Shown here: one piece after another, positions 7,675 through 18,900 of the stretch
How positions within the stretch are numbered: the first letter of the stretch is position 1
Layout: the number at the start of each line of letters is the position of its first letter
Source of the DNA: a virus
Taxonomy: Duplodnaviria; Caudoviricetes
Virus record (IMG/VR): IMGVR_UViG_3300037295_000263
Coordinates: 32,001 to 96,000 of that record
DNA: 64,000 bases
Strand: one strand, 5' to 3'
Program-made: the position numbers and the translations under genes
Notes under the pieces: generated by a model
What the model was told of the DNA's origin: nothing
What the model saw: the letters and a program-made list of their open reading frames with translations, nothing else
Databases searched by the model: none

Positions 7675-8681
7675 AAGTTTTTATAGATATCTAATAATAA
7701 AGATTTGTCAAAGCTATCGCTATCGATTGCTTCGATTTGATTCATAACGATGGTGTCGACCGATTCGAAATTTATATCAACAGGCACTACAGTTGAATCA
7801 ACTTCTACTTTTTCCGGAATTAGCATAAGTTCTCGAAGCTTATACTGTGGAATAAATGTTTCTTTAATAAAATTTGCTTCTTCGTAGCTAATAGGCAAGT
7901 CGATTACAACTCTGCAGTGCATTTTTTCTTTTAATAAACTATCAGGATTGTCAATAATACTGCTTAATTTATAAGTTCTGTAAGTAGGTTGGCCGGGCCA
8001 TGTATGATATTCAGGTTTGCCGCCCCATTCTAATATCATCATACCTCGTTCATCATCGCCACTGTCGGCATAATTGTGTGGAAATGCATTGCCCATATAA
8101 ACAATATTATTGGCTTGCTGTCTTTTATGAAAATGCCCGGTGAATACATAATCTTGATTAGCAAAGTGGCTACGTTGCAGTTGACCATGATCTGGCATCT
8201 GCACCATTGCATTCATATAAAAACTAGGTAGTTCCAAGTGTCCGAAAATATACTTACTTTTAATTTTAGAAATTTTTTGCCATTCATCACCTACTAGCCA
8301 TGGCAATATGGTGACATCGTCTTTTGTATACGGATCTTTAATAGGCACGATGTTAGGAAATAGACGCATAAACTCTACAGAATTAATTTCACGCTTGTCT
8401 TTGTAAAATAAATCATGATTTCCTAATATAAAATATACTTTTTCAAAACTTTGGCTTAGTTTTTCTAAATTTGAAAGTGTATAGTTCATAGTACTAACGT
8501 CGGTAGTAGAACGATTGTGGTGCCAATCTCCTAAAAATATGCAAGTTTCGCAGTCATTTGTTTTGGCAGTTTCACAAAACCAATTAACGAAATCTTCGCA
8601 ATCTTGATTATGTATTCTACTACCGCTTTTTAAACCAAAGTGAATATCTGTAAACGCTGCAATTTTTTTAAATAACGACAT
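7671..8681 (-). CDS. gp47: Recombination endonuclease subunit, gp47/SbcD/Mre11-like
   Basis: Metallophosphoesterase motifs DIHFG, GDWHH, GNHD, GHFH; GGAG RBS points to ATG at 8681; adjacent to gp46. Confidence 0.93.
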   Translation of the reverse strand: MSLFKKIAAFTDIHFGLKSGSRIHNQDCEDFVNWFCETAKTNDCETCIFLGDWHHNRSTTDVSTMNYTLSNLEKLSQSFEKVYFILGNHDLFYKDKREINSVEFMRLFPNIVPIKDPYTKDDVTILPWLVGDEWQKISKIKSKYIFGHLELPSFYMNAMVQMPDHGQLQRSHFANQDYVFTGHFHKRQQANNIVYMGNAFPHNYADSGDDERGMMILEWGGKPEYHTWPGQPTYRTYKLSSIIDNPDSLLKEKMHCRVVIDLPISYEEANFIKETFIPQYKLRELMLIPEKVEVDSTVVPVDINFESVDTIVMNQIEAIDSDSFDKSLLLDIYKNL

Positions 8682-8724
8682 GCTGTCTCCTGTTAACAAT
8701 TATAATACATCATATATGTAAAAA

Positions 8725-9570
8725 TCAACTTTCTGAATCGTTGTTTTGATTATGTCGCACTTCGCTAAAATCTGGTCCACTGTTAACTCTGGTCCAACTA
8801 GGAGTCATTCCATTAATCTCTAAAATGTCGTCTCTTATATTTTGATTGCGTTTTTCGATATTAATAATTCTAACAAAACTGTTAGTAACTGCAGCAGTAT
8901 AGTATGCAAACGGATTGTCACTTTTGCTTTCGTCAAATTGCAAACCTATTTGAGTAAGTTGCAGAATTGCTTGTCCTTTCATTTCGTCATTGTATGTGTA
9001 TCCTCTGACATTGCCTCTAGTAGCGTATCGCTCACATAATTTTAAAAACATTCTAGCTAAATTGTCTGTCATTTGACCGTGATCTTTGGAATATGATCCG
9101 GTAATTAAATCTCCTGCCCAATGACTTTTTCCTACTAATACTAGATTGTTATTTTCATCAAATTTCCAATGTTGGAAAGGTGGAAAATTTACTTTTTCGT
9201 GGCTGTCGGCAGTAGTTTTAATTGTTTTTTTACGACCAGGTGCTAATGGAATATGATCGAAAGATGTAATTCTAAAAATTAAATCAGTCTTTGCCACTTT
9301 CTTGTAATCTACATCAAATTCTTTAGACGGTATCTTTTTCTTCTGCAGTTGTTGAGCTTGTAAGTGTGCGTGTTTACTTAATTTGGCAGCATGATTTCTT
9401 TTAGCTGCTGCAATAGTTCTTATATTAATTTTTTTTAAATCAGCTAAAATGATATCGTAATTGTGGTGTTCGGGGATAGTATAGGAACAATATGTATTTT
9501 TACTTAAATGAATTTCTTTTAATAGGTCTTTATTTGTTAGATAATTTATTTTTATTGGTTGTGTAATCAT
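8725..9570 (-). CDS. gp55: Late-transcription sigma factor, T4 gp55-like
   Basis: RGYTYNDEMKGQAILQL...QFDESKSDNPFAYYT...SFVRIINIEKR; position next to gp47/gp46 as in T4-like phages. Confidence 0.88.
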   Translation of the reverse strand: MITQPIKINYLTNKDLLKEIHLSKNTYCSYTIPEHHNYDIILADLKKINIRTIAAAKRNHAAKLSKHAHLQAQQLQKKKIPSKEFDVDYKKVAKTDLIFRITSFDHIPLAPGRKKTIKTTADSHEKVNFPPFQHWKFDENNNLVLVGKSHWAGDLITGSYSKDHGQMTDNLARMFLKLCERYATRGNVRGYTYNDEMKGQAILQLTQIGLQFDESKSDNPFAYYTAAVTNSFVRIINIEKRNQNIRDDILEINGMTPSWTRVNSGPDFSEVRHNQNNDSES

Positions 9571-9621
9571 ATTTTATAATACCTTTTTATTACTTATTAT
9601 AATAGCATATTACTTCAGTAA

Positions 9622-9627
9622 TAAATA
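9622..9627 (+). promoter_or_regulatory. Late promoter TAAATA for the baseplate operon
   Basis: ATAAATA 25 nt upstream of ATG 9653. Confidence 0.55.
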
Positions 9628-9652
9628 GAGTATACTGGAAAAATCATATATT

Positions 9653-10639
9653 ATGGCAAAAGAAATTAACCCGCTTAGTCAATACGTAGTTGAAATACAA
9701 GATTATAATGTTAAAACGGTTGACTTAACAACAGAACAAGATAAAGCTAAAGCAACAGGTAGCGGATTAACTAATACTGCAGGCGGAGCATCTGAAAAAT
9801 CTACTAAATCGTTAGGTTCGCTAAAGTCATTAGCACAAAACGCAGGAACAATAGGAGGATATATTAACGATCCATCTACTGCAGTTAAGGCAGCCACAGA
9901 TAAAATAGTTGCTGGTATACCAGCGTTGGGAAAACTTGCAAGTTTTGCAACTAGCGCAGCCAGTGTTATTAGCCTTCTCAGATCAGGTAATATTGCAGCC
10001 GGCGCTGAGTCGTTCTTTAATCGTAATGAAGCATCTCCGTATATTACAGCGAAAACGGGTATAGATGAAGACTGGCGAGTAAGGATCGATTGCAATTTTG
10101 ATTTGTTTAATAATGCATTTCCAAGATTAAAAAGTACAAGCGGAGTAGTTTGGCCATACTTACCTAATATTACAATGATATCTAAAGCAAACTATACGCA
10201 AATTGATGCTGTCCATAATATTCAGCCGTTCCAGGCTTATAAAAATAGTCAAGTTGAAGACATACAAATAGCAGGAGACTTTTCAGTTGAAAATGAAGCC
10301 GATGCCGAATATTGGATACAAGCAACCTCATTTTTAAGAACTGCTACAAAAATGTTTTTTGGCAGAAGTTCTAATTTAGGATCTCCTCCTGTTATTTGTA
10401 ATTTAACAGGATACGGTGCACGAGTGTTTAATAGTGTTCCTGTTGTAATAAAATCAGTCAGCATTGACTTTAAAGAAGATGTTAACTACATAAGGTACCA
10501 AGGAAGAGATCAAACAGCAACATGGGTACCTACGTTAAGTACAATTGCGGTTACTGTAGCGCCAATATATGACAGAACACGACTACGAAAGTTTAGTCTG
10601 CAGGATTATGCATCTGGCAGAGCAGTAGGATATATTTAA
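9653..10639 (+). CDS. Baseplate/tail-tube initiator-like protein (gp48/gp54-like)
   Basis: DWRVRI, GVVWPYLP, GSPPVICNLTGYG...FNSVPVVI; first gene of the baseplate operon. Confidence 0.55.
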   Translation: MAKEINPLSQYVVEIQDYNVKTVDLTTEQDKAKATGSGLTNTAGGASEKSTKSLGSLKSLAQNAGTIGGYINDPSTAVKAATDKIVAGIPALGKLASFATSAASVISLLRSGNIAAGAESFFNRNEASPYITAKTGIDEDWRVRIDCNFDLFNNAFPRLKSTSGVVWPYLPNITMISKANYTQIDAVHNIQPFQAYKNSQVEDIQIAGDFSVENEADAEYWIQATSFLRTATKMFFGRSSNLGSPPVICNLTGYGARVFNSVPVVIKSVSIDFKEDVNYIRYQGRDQTATWVPTLSTIAVTVAPIYDRTRLRKFSLQDYASGRAVGYI

Positions 10640-10640
10640 A

Positions 10641-10940
10641 ATGGCAACATATAATAAAGCTTCGCAGTATTATGATACTAGTCAAAATAACCAATATTTA
10701 AATTTATTGGAAATTAGACCAGTCCCTGCAGAAACAGACGATATTCAATATAAGATAGAAAGCCAGTATCGCCACAGACCTGATTTGTTAGCATACGACT
10801 TATACGGTAAACCTGAACTGTGGTGGGTCTTTGTACAGAGAAACATGGAAACAATAAAAGATCCCATATATGATTTCGAAGTAGGAACAATAATCTTCTG
10901 TCCTAAAAAAACAAATCTAGAAAAATATCTAGGAGTATAA
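10641..10940 (+). CDS. Baseplate wedge subunit, gp53/LysM-like
   Basis: YRHRPDLLAYDLYGKPELWWVF...DPIYDF motif typical of gp53/LysM-type wedge proteins. Confidence 0.75.
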   Translation: MATYNKASQYYDTSQNNQYLNLLEIRPVPAETDDIQYKIESQYRHRPDLLAYDLYGKPELWWVFVQRNMETIKDPIYDFEVGTIIFCPKKTNLEKYLGV

Positions 10941-10941
10941 A

Positions 10942-13350
10942 ATGGCAAATGACGATCTTTTTATACCAGTGCCAACAGCTCCTCCAGCAAATGTAACAAC
11001 AGGCAGCGCAAGAACAGTAACGAATCAAAAACAATTACCTGCCTCATTTCCTCCAAATCAAAAAGATAATATACGGCAAGATCCTACAAAGACAGGTTCG
11101 GATAGTTTATTTTTCAATACTCCGTTATCTACCGATGCTCCTCCTTTTAAAAATATTCTAGAAGACTTTGCCTCATTTAATACGCTTTGGACAATGTGCT
11201 GCTTAGACCCGAACCAGTATAATAATCCTGAATCATATAGAGGAAATGATTCCGAGTTAAGTAATATTGTGTTGTCATCTGCAGGCAGATACGATAAACA
11301 GCGTATTGGGACAGAATTCGGTTCTCCGGAATATTTTATTGACAACGTACATTTTGATTCAATTATTGCTCCACGCTCTCCAACTGGCAACACAAATGTT
11401 ATAACATTTTCTTTTGAGATTTACGAACCTTACAGCATGGGATTATTTTTACAATCATTACAGGTCGCTGCGGTTAATGCCGGGTACAGAACTTATTTAG
11501 AAGCTGCCCCATTTCTTTTAAAGTTAGATTTTAAAGGAACTACCGATGAAGGCAATCGGTCACCTAATGTCGATTATTTAACAAAATATTTTTCAATAAA
11601 ACTTACTAACGTAACTATGAAAGTAGACGAAGGCGGCAGTAAATATGTTGTTACTGCTATTCCGTTTCATCACTTAGGGTTTGGTAACACTGTTAACGTA
11701 TTAAGAGCAGACACAAAGCTATTGGGAGGAACTGTACAAGAAGTACTGTCCTCAGGCACAGTAAGCCTTGTCTCTAGGCTAAACACAGAACAATCTCAAT
11801 TAGCAAATAACAAAGTTCAAGCAATACCCGATATATATGAAATTGTATTTCCTGCAAATTCATCCGACAATCTAGGCATAACATCGGAAGCATCAACAAG
11901 TATTGTGGGTGCAACTATAGACCCGTTATCTAAAGTAACTAACGTAATTTCTAAAGTACAATCTGTAGCTAAGTCTGTAAAAAATTTATCATCGGGTGCT
12001 ATAGGGTCATTGGGCAGTTTGGGTTCCGCTGGCGCAGGCGGGAATAAAATAGGAACGTCGACTATGAATTTTTCATTAGAATCTGGCGGCAATGTTTCTT
12101 TTTCTAACGAAAGTGAAGTGATTAATGAAAAATCAAAAACTACAGATAAAAGCAAAGTAAAAATAGATTCTAATTCTAGGGAATTTCGTTTTTCTCGTGG
12201 AGATACGATTACTCAAGTAATTCAAAAAGTTATTTTAGTTTCGAACTATGCAAGCGATGCAATTAAAGTAGAAAATTTAGACCAATCAGGAATGGCAAGT
12301 TGGTTTAGGATCGATGTACAAATACAATTGCTAGATTACGATGCAATACGTAGTACTCGGGCTAGAAAGTATATTTTCAGAGTTATACCGTTTAAGGTTA
12401 GCGGAGCTCTAATAAAAACCCCAAATGCACCTGCTATAGGAATTCCAGAATTAGCTAAAATAATTGCCAAGCGATATGATTATATATACACAGGGCAAAA
12501 CAATAGTATTATAAAATTTGAGCTAGAATTTAATGCAATGTTTTTTACAGGTGCTCAACCTCGACCGTTATATCAAACAGGAACAAATAATCTTGATGCA
12601 CAAAACACCACAGACAGTGCAAAACTTGATGCTCCTGTAAACCAAGGAAGTGACAAACCGGCAACTTCATCAACCGCGGGATCCACAATGGTAGGTCCCG
12701 ATCCTGATACAGTTAAAAATTCTCCAATAGGCTGGAAGACTGTAGAACAGCAAATTGCGGATTCGTATCAAACAGCATTCCTGAGTGCTAGTCCAGATTT
12801 AGTAAATTTAGAAATAGAAACAACAGGCGATCCTTATTTTTTGTCAGATAGTGGCATTAATTCTAATTATTTTTCAAAAGAAGGAATTAATAATCAAATA
12901 ACAAATGATAACGCAATGAATTATGAAGGTAGTGAAATTTTTGTCTACTTAGCTTTCAGAACACCGATAAATCCTAATATCGAACCCACAGATGTTAATA
13001 GTGGACTTTATAATTTTGGAAAAGATGGAATAAGTCCGTTTAGTGGAATTTTCAAAGTTATACAGGTAGCAAATATCTTTGCTAGTGGAAATTATACTCA
13101 AACTATGAAACTTATAAGAGTTCTCGGGCAGCCTAACGATTTTGTTGGAAAAGAATCAATAGTTGCACAGAATACATTGTTATATGCTGCATCGATTCCA
13201 GTTCCTAAAGCAACAACTCCTGCTGCAGATTCGTCGGTTAATGCAAATAAAAATAATACTCCTATAATAGACGATCCAGAAGCCGCTTTCATTACCGAGA
13301 AGAAAGCAATCGATGCAGCTCAGGCAAATAAAAGACCTAGCTCTTCTTAG
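10942..13350 (+). CDS. Baseplate hub protein (gp27-like), tentative
   Basis: Lies between the gp53-like and gp5-like genes; FEIYEPYSMGLF, IETTGDPYFL, FSGIFKVIQV motifs resemble hub proteins. Confidence 0.5.
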   Translation: MANDDLFIPVPTAPPANVTTGSARTVTNQKQLPASFPPNQKDNIRQDPTKTGSDSLFFNTPLSTDAPPFKNILEDFASFNTLWTMCCLDPNQYNNPESYRGNDSELSNIVLSSAGRYDKQRIGTEFGSPEYFIDNVHFDSIIAPRSPTGNTNVITFSFEIYEPYSMGLFLQSLQVAAVNAGYRTYLEAAPFLLKLDFKGTTDEGNRSPNVDYLTKYFSIKLTNVTMKVDEGGSKYVVTAIPFHHLGFGNTVNVLRADTKLLGGTVQEVLSSGTVSLVSRLNTEQSQLANNKVQAIPDIYEIVFPANSSDNLGITSEASTSIVGATIDPLSKVTNVISKVQSVAKSVKNLSSGAIGSLGSLGSAGAGGNKIGTSTMNFSLESGGNVSFSNESEVINEKSKTTDKSKVKIDSNSREFRFSRGDTITQVIQKVILVSNYASDAIKVENLDQSGMASWFRIDVQIQLLDYDAIRSTRARKYIFRVIPFKVSGALIKTPNAPAIGIPELAKIIAKRYDYIYTGQNNSIIKFELEFNAMFFTGAQPRPLYQTGTNNLDAQNTTDSAKLDAPVNQGSDKPATSSTAGSTMVGPDPDTVKNSPIGWKTVEQQIADSYQTAFLSASPDLVNLEIETTGDPYFLSDSGINSNYFSKEGINNQITNDNAMNYEGSEIFVYLAFRTPINPNIEPTDVNSGLYNFGKDGISPFSGIFKVIQVANIFASGNYTQTMKLIRVLGQPNDFVGKESIVAQNTLLYAASIPVPKATTPAADSSVNANKNNTPIIDDPEAAFITEKKAIDAAQANKRPSSS

Positions 13351-13376
13351 ATGTTGAATGAATAACAAAGGAAATT

Positions 13377-15023
13377 ATGTCACAAGAACGCAGATCGGTA
13401 TTAAATAAATCAACAGGAAAAATTGATTCTGGAATCATGATGGCCAAAGTAGTTGGGTATTTAGATCCAACTTTTATGGCGGGGCTTGAAGTTACCTTGC
13501 TAAGGGATCAAGGCAATGAAGTAGGAGATATACACCAAACATATTCTATTAAATATTCTACTCCGTTTTACGGAGCAACAGGATACGAGTATATGGGTCT
13601 TAATAAATCCGACTACAACGATACTCAAAAATCTTACGGCATGTGGTTCCCTCCTCCTGAAATCGGAACAACGATTCTTGTGGCATTTGTTGACGGAAAT
13701 CCAGCAGAGGGGTATTTTATAGCATGTGTTCCTGGTAAATTTATGAATCATATGATACCTGCAATTGGATCCTCAGTTCATGTAGAGTTAACAGATGAAG
13801 ACAAGAAAAAATACGACACTGACCAACCGTTACCTGTAGCAGAAGTTAACAGAAAAACTAATAGCTTAGAGACCGGTCCTGATATAGATAAAATTAAGAA
13901 ACCAGTGCATCCAGTTGCAAACAGATTTTTAGAACAAGGATTACTGGAAGATGACGTTAGGGGCCCGGCTACTAGTACTAGTAGACGAAATGTTCCTAAT
14001 TCAGTATATGGTATTTCGACTCCTGGCCCAGTAGATCGAAGAAACGGTGCAAAACAAGAGTTTATAGGTAAAAAACAGACAAAATCAGCAAACACTGTAC
14101 CTGTCGGACGCCTTGGAGGGACTCAATTAGTAATGGATGACGGAGATGACCGTTATCGAAGAGCAAGTACAGCAACTTCAGGACCTCCGCAGTATTTCGA
14201 TAATCTTGACGAAAAAGAAAATCGTACAGGTAAACCTGACATTCCTTACAACGAGTATACGAGATTAAGAACACGCACTGGGCATCAAATATTATTACAC
14301 AATTCTGAAGATTTAATATATATCGGAAATTCAAGAGGAACTGCTTGGATAGAATTGACTAGCCATGGGAAAATTGATATTTTTGCACAAGATAGTATTA
14401 GTATTCATACTGAAGCAGACATTAATATGCGAGCAGACAGGGATATTAATTTTGAAGCAGGCAGAAACATTAATATGCGTACAGCAAAAGGTAGAATGCA
14501 TGTGGATATAAATGGCAACTTAGAAATTGCTGCAGCAAGCAATGCTTTGTTGACCACACTAGGAGATTTACATTTAAGAACTACAGGCAGTAGTAAGATA
14601 TCCAGTGGTGTTAATTTAGATATTTCTTCTGGGGGTTCGAATAAAATTTCATGTTCGGCTGAAATGGATGTGTTAGCAGGAGGCGCATTAATAATTGATG
14701 CTGCAGGAACATTAAGTGCTAAAGGCGCTGATATAATTATGCAAGGCGGAAGCATACATATGAACGGACCTAGTGCATTAGCTGCTACTGCTGCAGATGA
14801 AGCAGATAGCACAGAATTATTAAGTTTGTTCGATAATCCTGCTACTAGTTCAAAAAATAAATGGGGTGATAAAAATAGATACAGGACAGATATATCTTTA
14901 CGGAGTATTATGCGTAGAATACCGATGCACGAGCCTTGGTCATTGCACGAAAATATCAACCCAGTAGTATTAGCATCGCAATTTACAGACAGAGATCGTC
15001 AGGATACGCCAACAGAGGAGTAA
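13377..15023 (+). CDS. gp5: Baseplate central spike, gp5/VgrG-like, without a lysozyme domain
   Basis: N-terminal OB-fold (GMWFPPPEIGTTILVAF), RTRTGHQILLH, C-terminal beta-repeat region; followed by gp25 and gp6. Confidence 0.75.
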   Translation: MSQERRSVLNKSTGKIDSGIMMAKVVGYLDPTFMAGLEVTLLRDQGNEVGDIHQTYSIKYSTPFYGATGYEYMGLNKSDYNDTQKSYGMWFPPPEIGTTILVAFVDGNPAEGYFIACVPGKFMNHMIPAIGSSVHVELTDEDKKKYDTDQPLPVAEVNRKTNSLETGPDIDKIKKPVHPVANRFLEQGLLEDDVRGPATSTSRRNVPNSVYGISTPGPVDRRNGAKQEFIGKKQTKSANTVPVGRLGGTQLVMDDGDDRYRRASTATSGPPQYFDNLDEKENRTGKPDIPYNEYTRLRTRTGHQILLHNSEDLIYIGNSRGTAWIELTSHGKIDIFAQDSISIHTEADINMRADRDINFEAGRNINMRTAKGRMHVDINGNLEIAAASNALLTTLGDLHLRTTGSSKISSGVNLDISSGGSNKISCSAEMDVLAGGALIIDAAGTLSAKGADIIMQGGSIHMNGPSALAATAADEADSTELLSLFDNPATSSKNKWGDKNRYRTDISLRSIMRRIPMHEPWSLHENINPVVLASQFTDRDRQDTPTEE

Positions 15024-15026
15024 TTT

Positions 15027-15464
15027 ATGGCCAGAGTATATAATAAAAAAAGTGTATCATCAATGTCTGCTAATGCAGGCGATGTAGCAATACCTGCGTT
15101 CACTTATAAAGGGTTTAGTTCTCAGGAATCGTTATCGGGTTTTAAGTTATTCGATATTGATCTTGTTAAACAAGATATCGTTAATCATTTTAATATCCGA
15201 AAGGGTGAAAAATTAATGAATCCTGAGTTCGGCACAATAATTTGGGATATATTATTTGAGCAATTTACTCCAGAAATACGCAATATTGTAGTCAAAGATG
15301 TTGAAACAATTATAAATTATGACCCAAGAATTGTCATTAATTCTATAGCTGTTGACTCAACTGATCAAGGAATTAGGGTATCTGCAGATATTACATATTT
15401 GCCATTTAATTTAAATGAAAAAATGACTTTTGATTTTGATAAAACCAATGGACTTATAAACTAG
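15027..15464 (+). CDS. gp25: Baseplate wedge subunit gp25-like
   Basis: FNIRKGEKLMNPEFGTIIWDILFE...INYDPR motif. Confidence 0.88.
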   Translation: MARVYNKKSVSSMSANAGDVAIPAFTYKGFSSQESLSGFKLFDIDLVKQDIVNHFNIRKGEKLMNPEFGTIIWDILFEQFTPEIRNIVVKDVETIINYDPRIVINSIAVDSTDQGIRVSADITYLPFNLNEKMTFDFDKTNGLIN

Positions 15465-15481
15465 CTACTTAATTTACTTGG

Positions 15482-15487
15482 TAAATA
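15482..15487 (+). promoter_or_regulatory. Late promoter TAAATA upstream of the gp6-like gene
   Basis: TAAATA in the 42-bp gap before ATG 15507. Confidence 0.5.
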
Positions 15488-15506
15488 TAGTATAGGATAA
15501 CCGTAT

Positions 15507-18500
15507 ATGACAACAACATCAAGACAGAATAATCTTATTCTCAACCAAGATTGGACTAGAATTTATCAAACTTTCAAAAATGCAGATTTTAAAAGCTACG
15601 ATTTTGAAAATCTTCGCCGAGTTATAATTTCGTATTTACGAGAAAACTACCCAGAGGATTTTAACGACTACATCGAAAGTAGCGAATACATGGCATTAAT
15701 AGATGCGGTGGCATTTTTGGGTCAAAGTTTGTCTTTTAGAATAGACCTTGCTAGTCGAGAAAATTTTATCGAGTTAGCAGAGCGCAGAGAAAGTGTTTTA
15801 AGATTAGCACGTATGCTAAGTTATAATCCTAAACGAAATATTCCTGCGTCTGGCATATTAAAATTTGATACTGTTAGTACTACTGAACCAATAATTGACG
15901 GAACTGGTAGAAATTTAGCGCAACAAACGATTGTGTGGGACGACCCTACTAATCCTAATTGGCCTGACCAGTTTATTACTGTAGTAAATGCTGCAATGAC
16001 GGACAATACAGAATTTGGCAGAAGTCAAGGAGCTGAAATTATTCAGGGAATTCCTACCGAGCAATATAGATTTAGGACGTTCTCGCAAGATGTTTCAATT
16101 TTTAATTTTACTAAAACAGTTGCTAGCCGCCAAATGATTTTTGAAATAGTTAGCACCGGATTTAAAGGATCCGAAGAAATATACGAAGAACCTCCTGTTC
16201 CAGGAACACAATTAGGTTTTATATATAGAAATGATAACCGTGGAGGCGCAAGTGCTAACACAGGTTTTTATATGATGTTTAAACAAGGAAGTTTGGAATT
16301 AGCAGATTTTAATATTGATGTGCCTACAACGAATGAAATTATTGCAGTTGATAGCAACAATATTAACAACGACGATGTGTGGTTATATTCTCTCGATTCT
16401 AACGGAGCACAACTCGGTGAATGGACCCGAGTATCTAACTTAATCGGTAATAATATTGCATACAACAGTATAGATGCAAATGTAAGAAACATATACAACG
16501 TAGTAACAAAAGAAAATGATAGGATTGATTTAGCATTTGCGGACGGAGTTTATGGAAACTTACCACAAGGAACATTTCGAATATATTACAGAGTAAGCAA
16601 CGGACTAGTTTATCAAGTATCTCCTCAAGAAATGAGAGGGATTAGTATCAATGTTCCTTATTTAAATAACGTTGGGGAAGCACATACATTAACAATATCG
16701 ATGAGTTTAAAGTATACCTCGAATACTGCATCATCAAGAGAATCGACAGAATCGATCCGTACAAATGCTCCTGCACAATATTATGTACAAAATAGAATGA
16801 TTACCGGAGAAGACTATAACTTAGCACCACTGGCTAGTAGTCAAAATATTTTAAAAATAAAAGCAATTAACAGATCGTCTAGCGGTATTTCTCGTAATTT
16901 TGATATTATAGATGCAAGTGGAAAATACAGTAAAGTTAACGTATTTGCAGATGACGGATTAATTTATAAACAAGATGCAGAAACAAATTTATCTTTTAAA
17001 TTTATCAGTAAATCAGAAATTTATAATTTTATAAATGAAAAACTAGAGCCGTTACTTGCAAGCACTAATGTATATAATCTGTATATAAGTAGATTTGAAA
17101 AATTATTTTTTGAAACGGATAGTGTAACTTGGACACAAGTCACTTCTGATATTAATGTATGCTCTGGATATTTTATCAGATCGAGTGATTCGACAGTATT
17201 ACCGGTAGGCGCATTTTCTACAAATATTTTAAAATTTGTAAAGCCCGGCATGATGATAAAATTTATACCAGCTGTAAGCAAATCTTTTAAAGACGGAAAA
17301 ATGGTAGACACTGCAGCTAATGACCCAAGTCAAAAAAGCTACATGTGGACAAAAGTAATTACAGTTTCGGGTGATGGAACAGGCAGTAACAACACTGGTA
17401 TTTTGCCTGACAACACTGGGGCAATTAAATTTAGTGATAAAATCCCAACAGGTGCAATTGCTAACAGGATTATTCCTAAATTTGTTACTAACTTACCATC
17501 TGCATTTGAAACTGAAATTATAAATCAAATGTTTGAAAACCAAACATTCGGTTTGCGATATGATATCGAAACTCAAACATGGGACTTAATCACGTCGGAC
17601 AATATTGATACAATTTCTTCTTTTAGCTTAGGATCCTCAGGCGATTCTTCTAACTCGGGCCTTGATGCTTCATGGGTCGTTGCATTTATAAGAAAAGCAG
17701 ACCAGTATGTAATTAGGATAAGAGGGACTGAATATATTTTTTCTAGCCTAGAACAAAATAGATTTTATTACGATTCTTCTCAAAAGATTTATGATAGTCG
17801 TACCGGACAAGTCGTTAAAGATCGAGTATTAGTATTAGGGATAAATCCAGATCCTGGATTCATGTCAATACTAAAACAAGACATTGTTTTTAACATAGAC
17901 GATTCAATTACATATAGTGACGGATTCCAAAGTACTAGTGAAATAAAGTTAGCGTTTAGCGACAAAGATGATGACGGAGTAATTGACGATCCTGATGCAT
18001 TTGACGCTATTGTCGGCGAAAACCCAACATATTTATTTTTTAATCAAACAGTCGATGGGCAAGGAAATATCTCCAGTACATTTTTTGATAATTCCGATGA
18101 TACTATACTAATTTTTGAATCAGAAAGTTCTTTTAATATAGCTGCGTACGAAACTGGACAACTGGTATACTTTTTTAGTGAGAACGAAAACATCGTAAAA
18201 CGGGTCAACCGATCAACTAATACTCTACTACTTGAAAATAAAATTAAACCCTTTGTAGGGCGTAACAACATTAAATTTCAATATGTACACAATGCAGGCA
18301 CAGATAGAAGGATAGATCCTAGTGTAAGCAACATAATTGATATTTACTTGTTAACAAGAAATTATGATACTGCATACAGAAATTTTGTTGCAGGCTTTGC
18401 ATTAGAACCAGTTCCGCCTACGAGCGATAGCTTGCGGATTAATTTTAGTAAAAACTTAAACTTAATCAAATCAATAAGTGATGAAATAATTTATCATCCA

Positions 18501-18899
18501 GTTAAGTACAAAGTGCTATTTGGATCGAATGCAAGTCCGTCTCTGCAAGCACAGTTTAAAATAGTAAAAAATCCCAATAAGTCTATTAATGACAATGATC
18601 TAAAAGTTCGTATCATTAACGCAATTAATGAATTTTTTAATGTGAATAATTGGGACTTCGGTGACAGATTTTATATAAGCGAATTAACAACGTATGTTGT
18701 TAATTCAGTATCGCCGGATGTAAGTAACTTAGCATTAGTTCCTAAGCAACCTGATCAAGCATTTTCTAGTTTATTTGAAATACAAAGTAATATTGATGAA
18801 ATATTCATCAGCAGTGCAACAGTTGATAACATTGATATTGTTACTGCAATTTCAACTACTGAAATTGCTCTGTCGGCATCCAACCTAAGCATAACATAA
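15507..18899 (+). CDS. gp6: Baseplate wedge subunit gp6-like (1130 aa, with insertion)
   Basis: SYDFENLR...YPEDFNDYIESSE...ENFIELAERRESVLRLARMLSYNPKR; APAQYYVQNRMITGEDY. Confidence 0.85.
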   Translation: MTTTSRQNNLILNQDWTRIYQTFKNADFKSYDFENLRRVIISYLRENYPEDFNDYIESSEYMALIDAVAFLGQSLSFRIDLASRENFIELAERRESVLRLARMLSYNPKRNIPASGILKFDTVSTTEPIIDGTGRNLAQQTIVWDDPTNPNWPDQFITVVNAAMTDNTEFGRSQGAEIIQGIPTEQYRFRTFSQDVSIFNFTKTVASRQMIFEIVSTGFKGSEEIYEEPPVPGTQLGFIYRNDNRGGASANTGFYMMFKQGSLELADFNIDVPTTNEIIAVDSNNINNDDVWLYSLDSNGAQLGEWTRVSNLIGNNIAYNSIDANVRNIYNVVTKENDRIDLAFADGVYGNLPQGTFRIYYRVSNGLVYQVSPQEMRGISINVPYLNNVGEAHTLTISMSLKYTSNTASSRESTESIRTNAPAQYYVQNRMITGEDYNLAPLASSQNILKIKAINRSSSGISRNFDIIDASGKYSKVNVFADDGLIYKQDAETNLSFKFISKSEIYNFINEKLEPLLASTNVYNLYISRFEKLFFETDSVTWTQVTSDINVCSGYFIRSSDSTVLPVGAFSTNILKFVKPGMMIKFIPAVSKSFKDGKMVDTAANDPSQKSYMWTKVITVSGDGTGSNNTGILPDNTGAIKFSDKIPTGAIANRIIPKFVTNLPSAFETEIINQMFENQTFGLRYDIETQTWDLITSDNIDTISSFSLGSSGDSSNSGLDASWVVAFIRKADQYVIRIRGTEYIFSSLEQNRFYYDSSQKIYDSRTGQVVKDRVLVLGINPDPGFMSILKQDIVFNIDDSITYSDGFQSTSEIKLAFSDKDDDGVIDDPDAFDAIVGENPTYLFFNQTVDGQGNISSTFFDNSDDTILIFESESSFNIAAYETGQLVYFFSENENIVKRVNRSTNTLLLENKIKPFVGRNNIKFQYVHNAGTDRRIDPSVSNIIDIYLLTRNYDTAYRNFVAGFALEPVPPTSDSLRINFSKNLNLIKSISDEIIYHPVKYKVLFGSNASPSLQAQFKIVKNPNKSINDNDLKVRIINAINEFFNVNNWDFGDRFYISELTTYVVNSVSPDVSNLALVPKQPDQAFSSLFEIQSNIDEIFISSATVDNIDIVTAISTTEIALSASNLSIT

Positions 18900-18900
18900 T

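Noticed and set aside
8699-8728. Possible sigma70 promoter for gp47 (TTGATT-N18-TATAAT, - strand)
   Set aside because: Non-consensus -35 and long spacer in very AT-rich DNA; too weak to list
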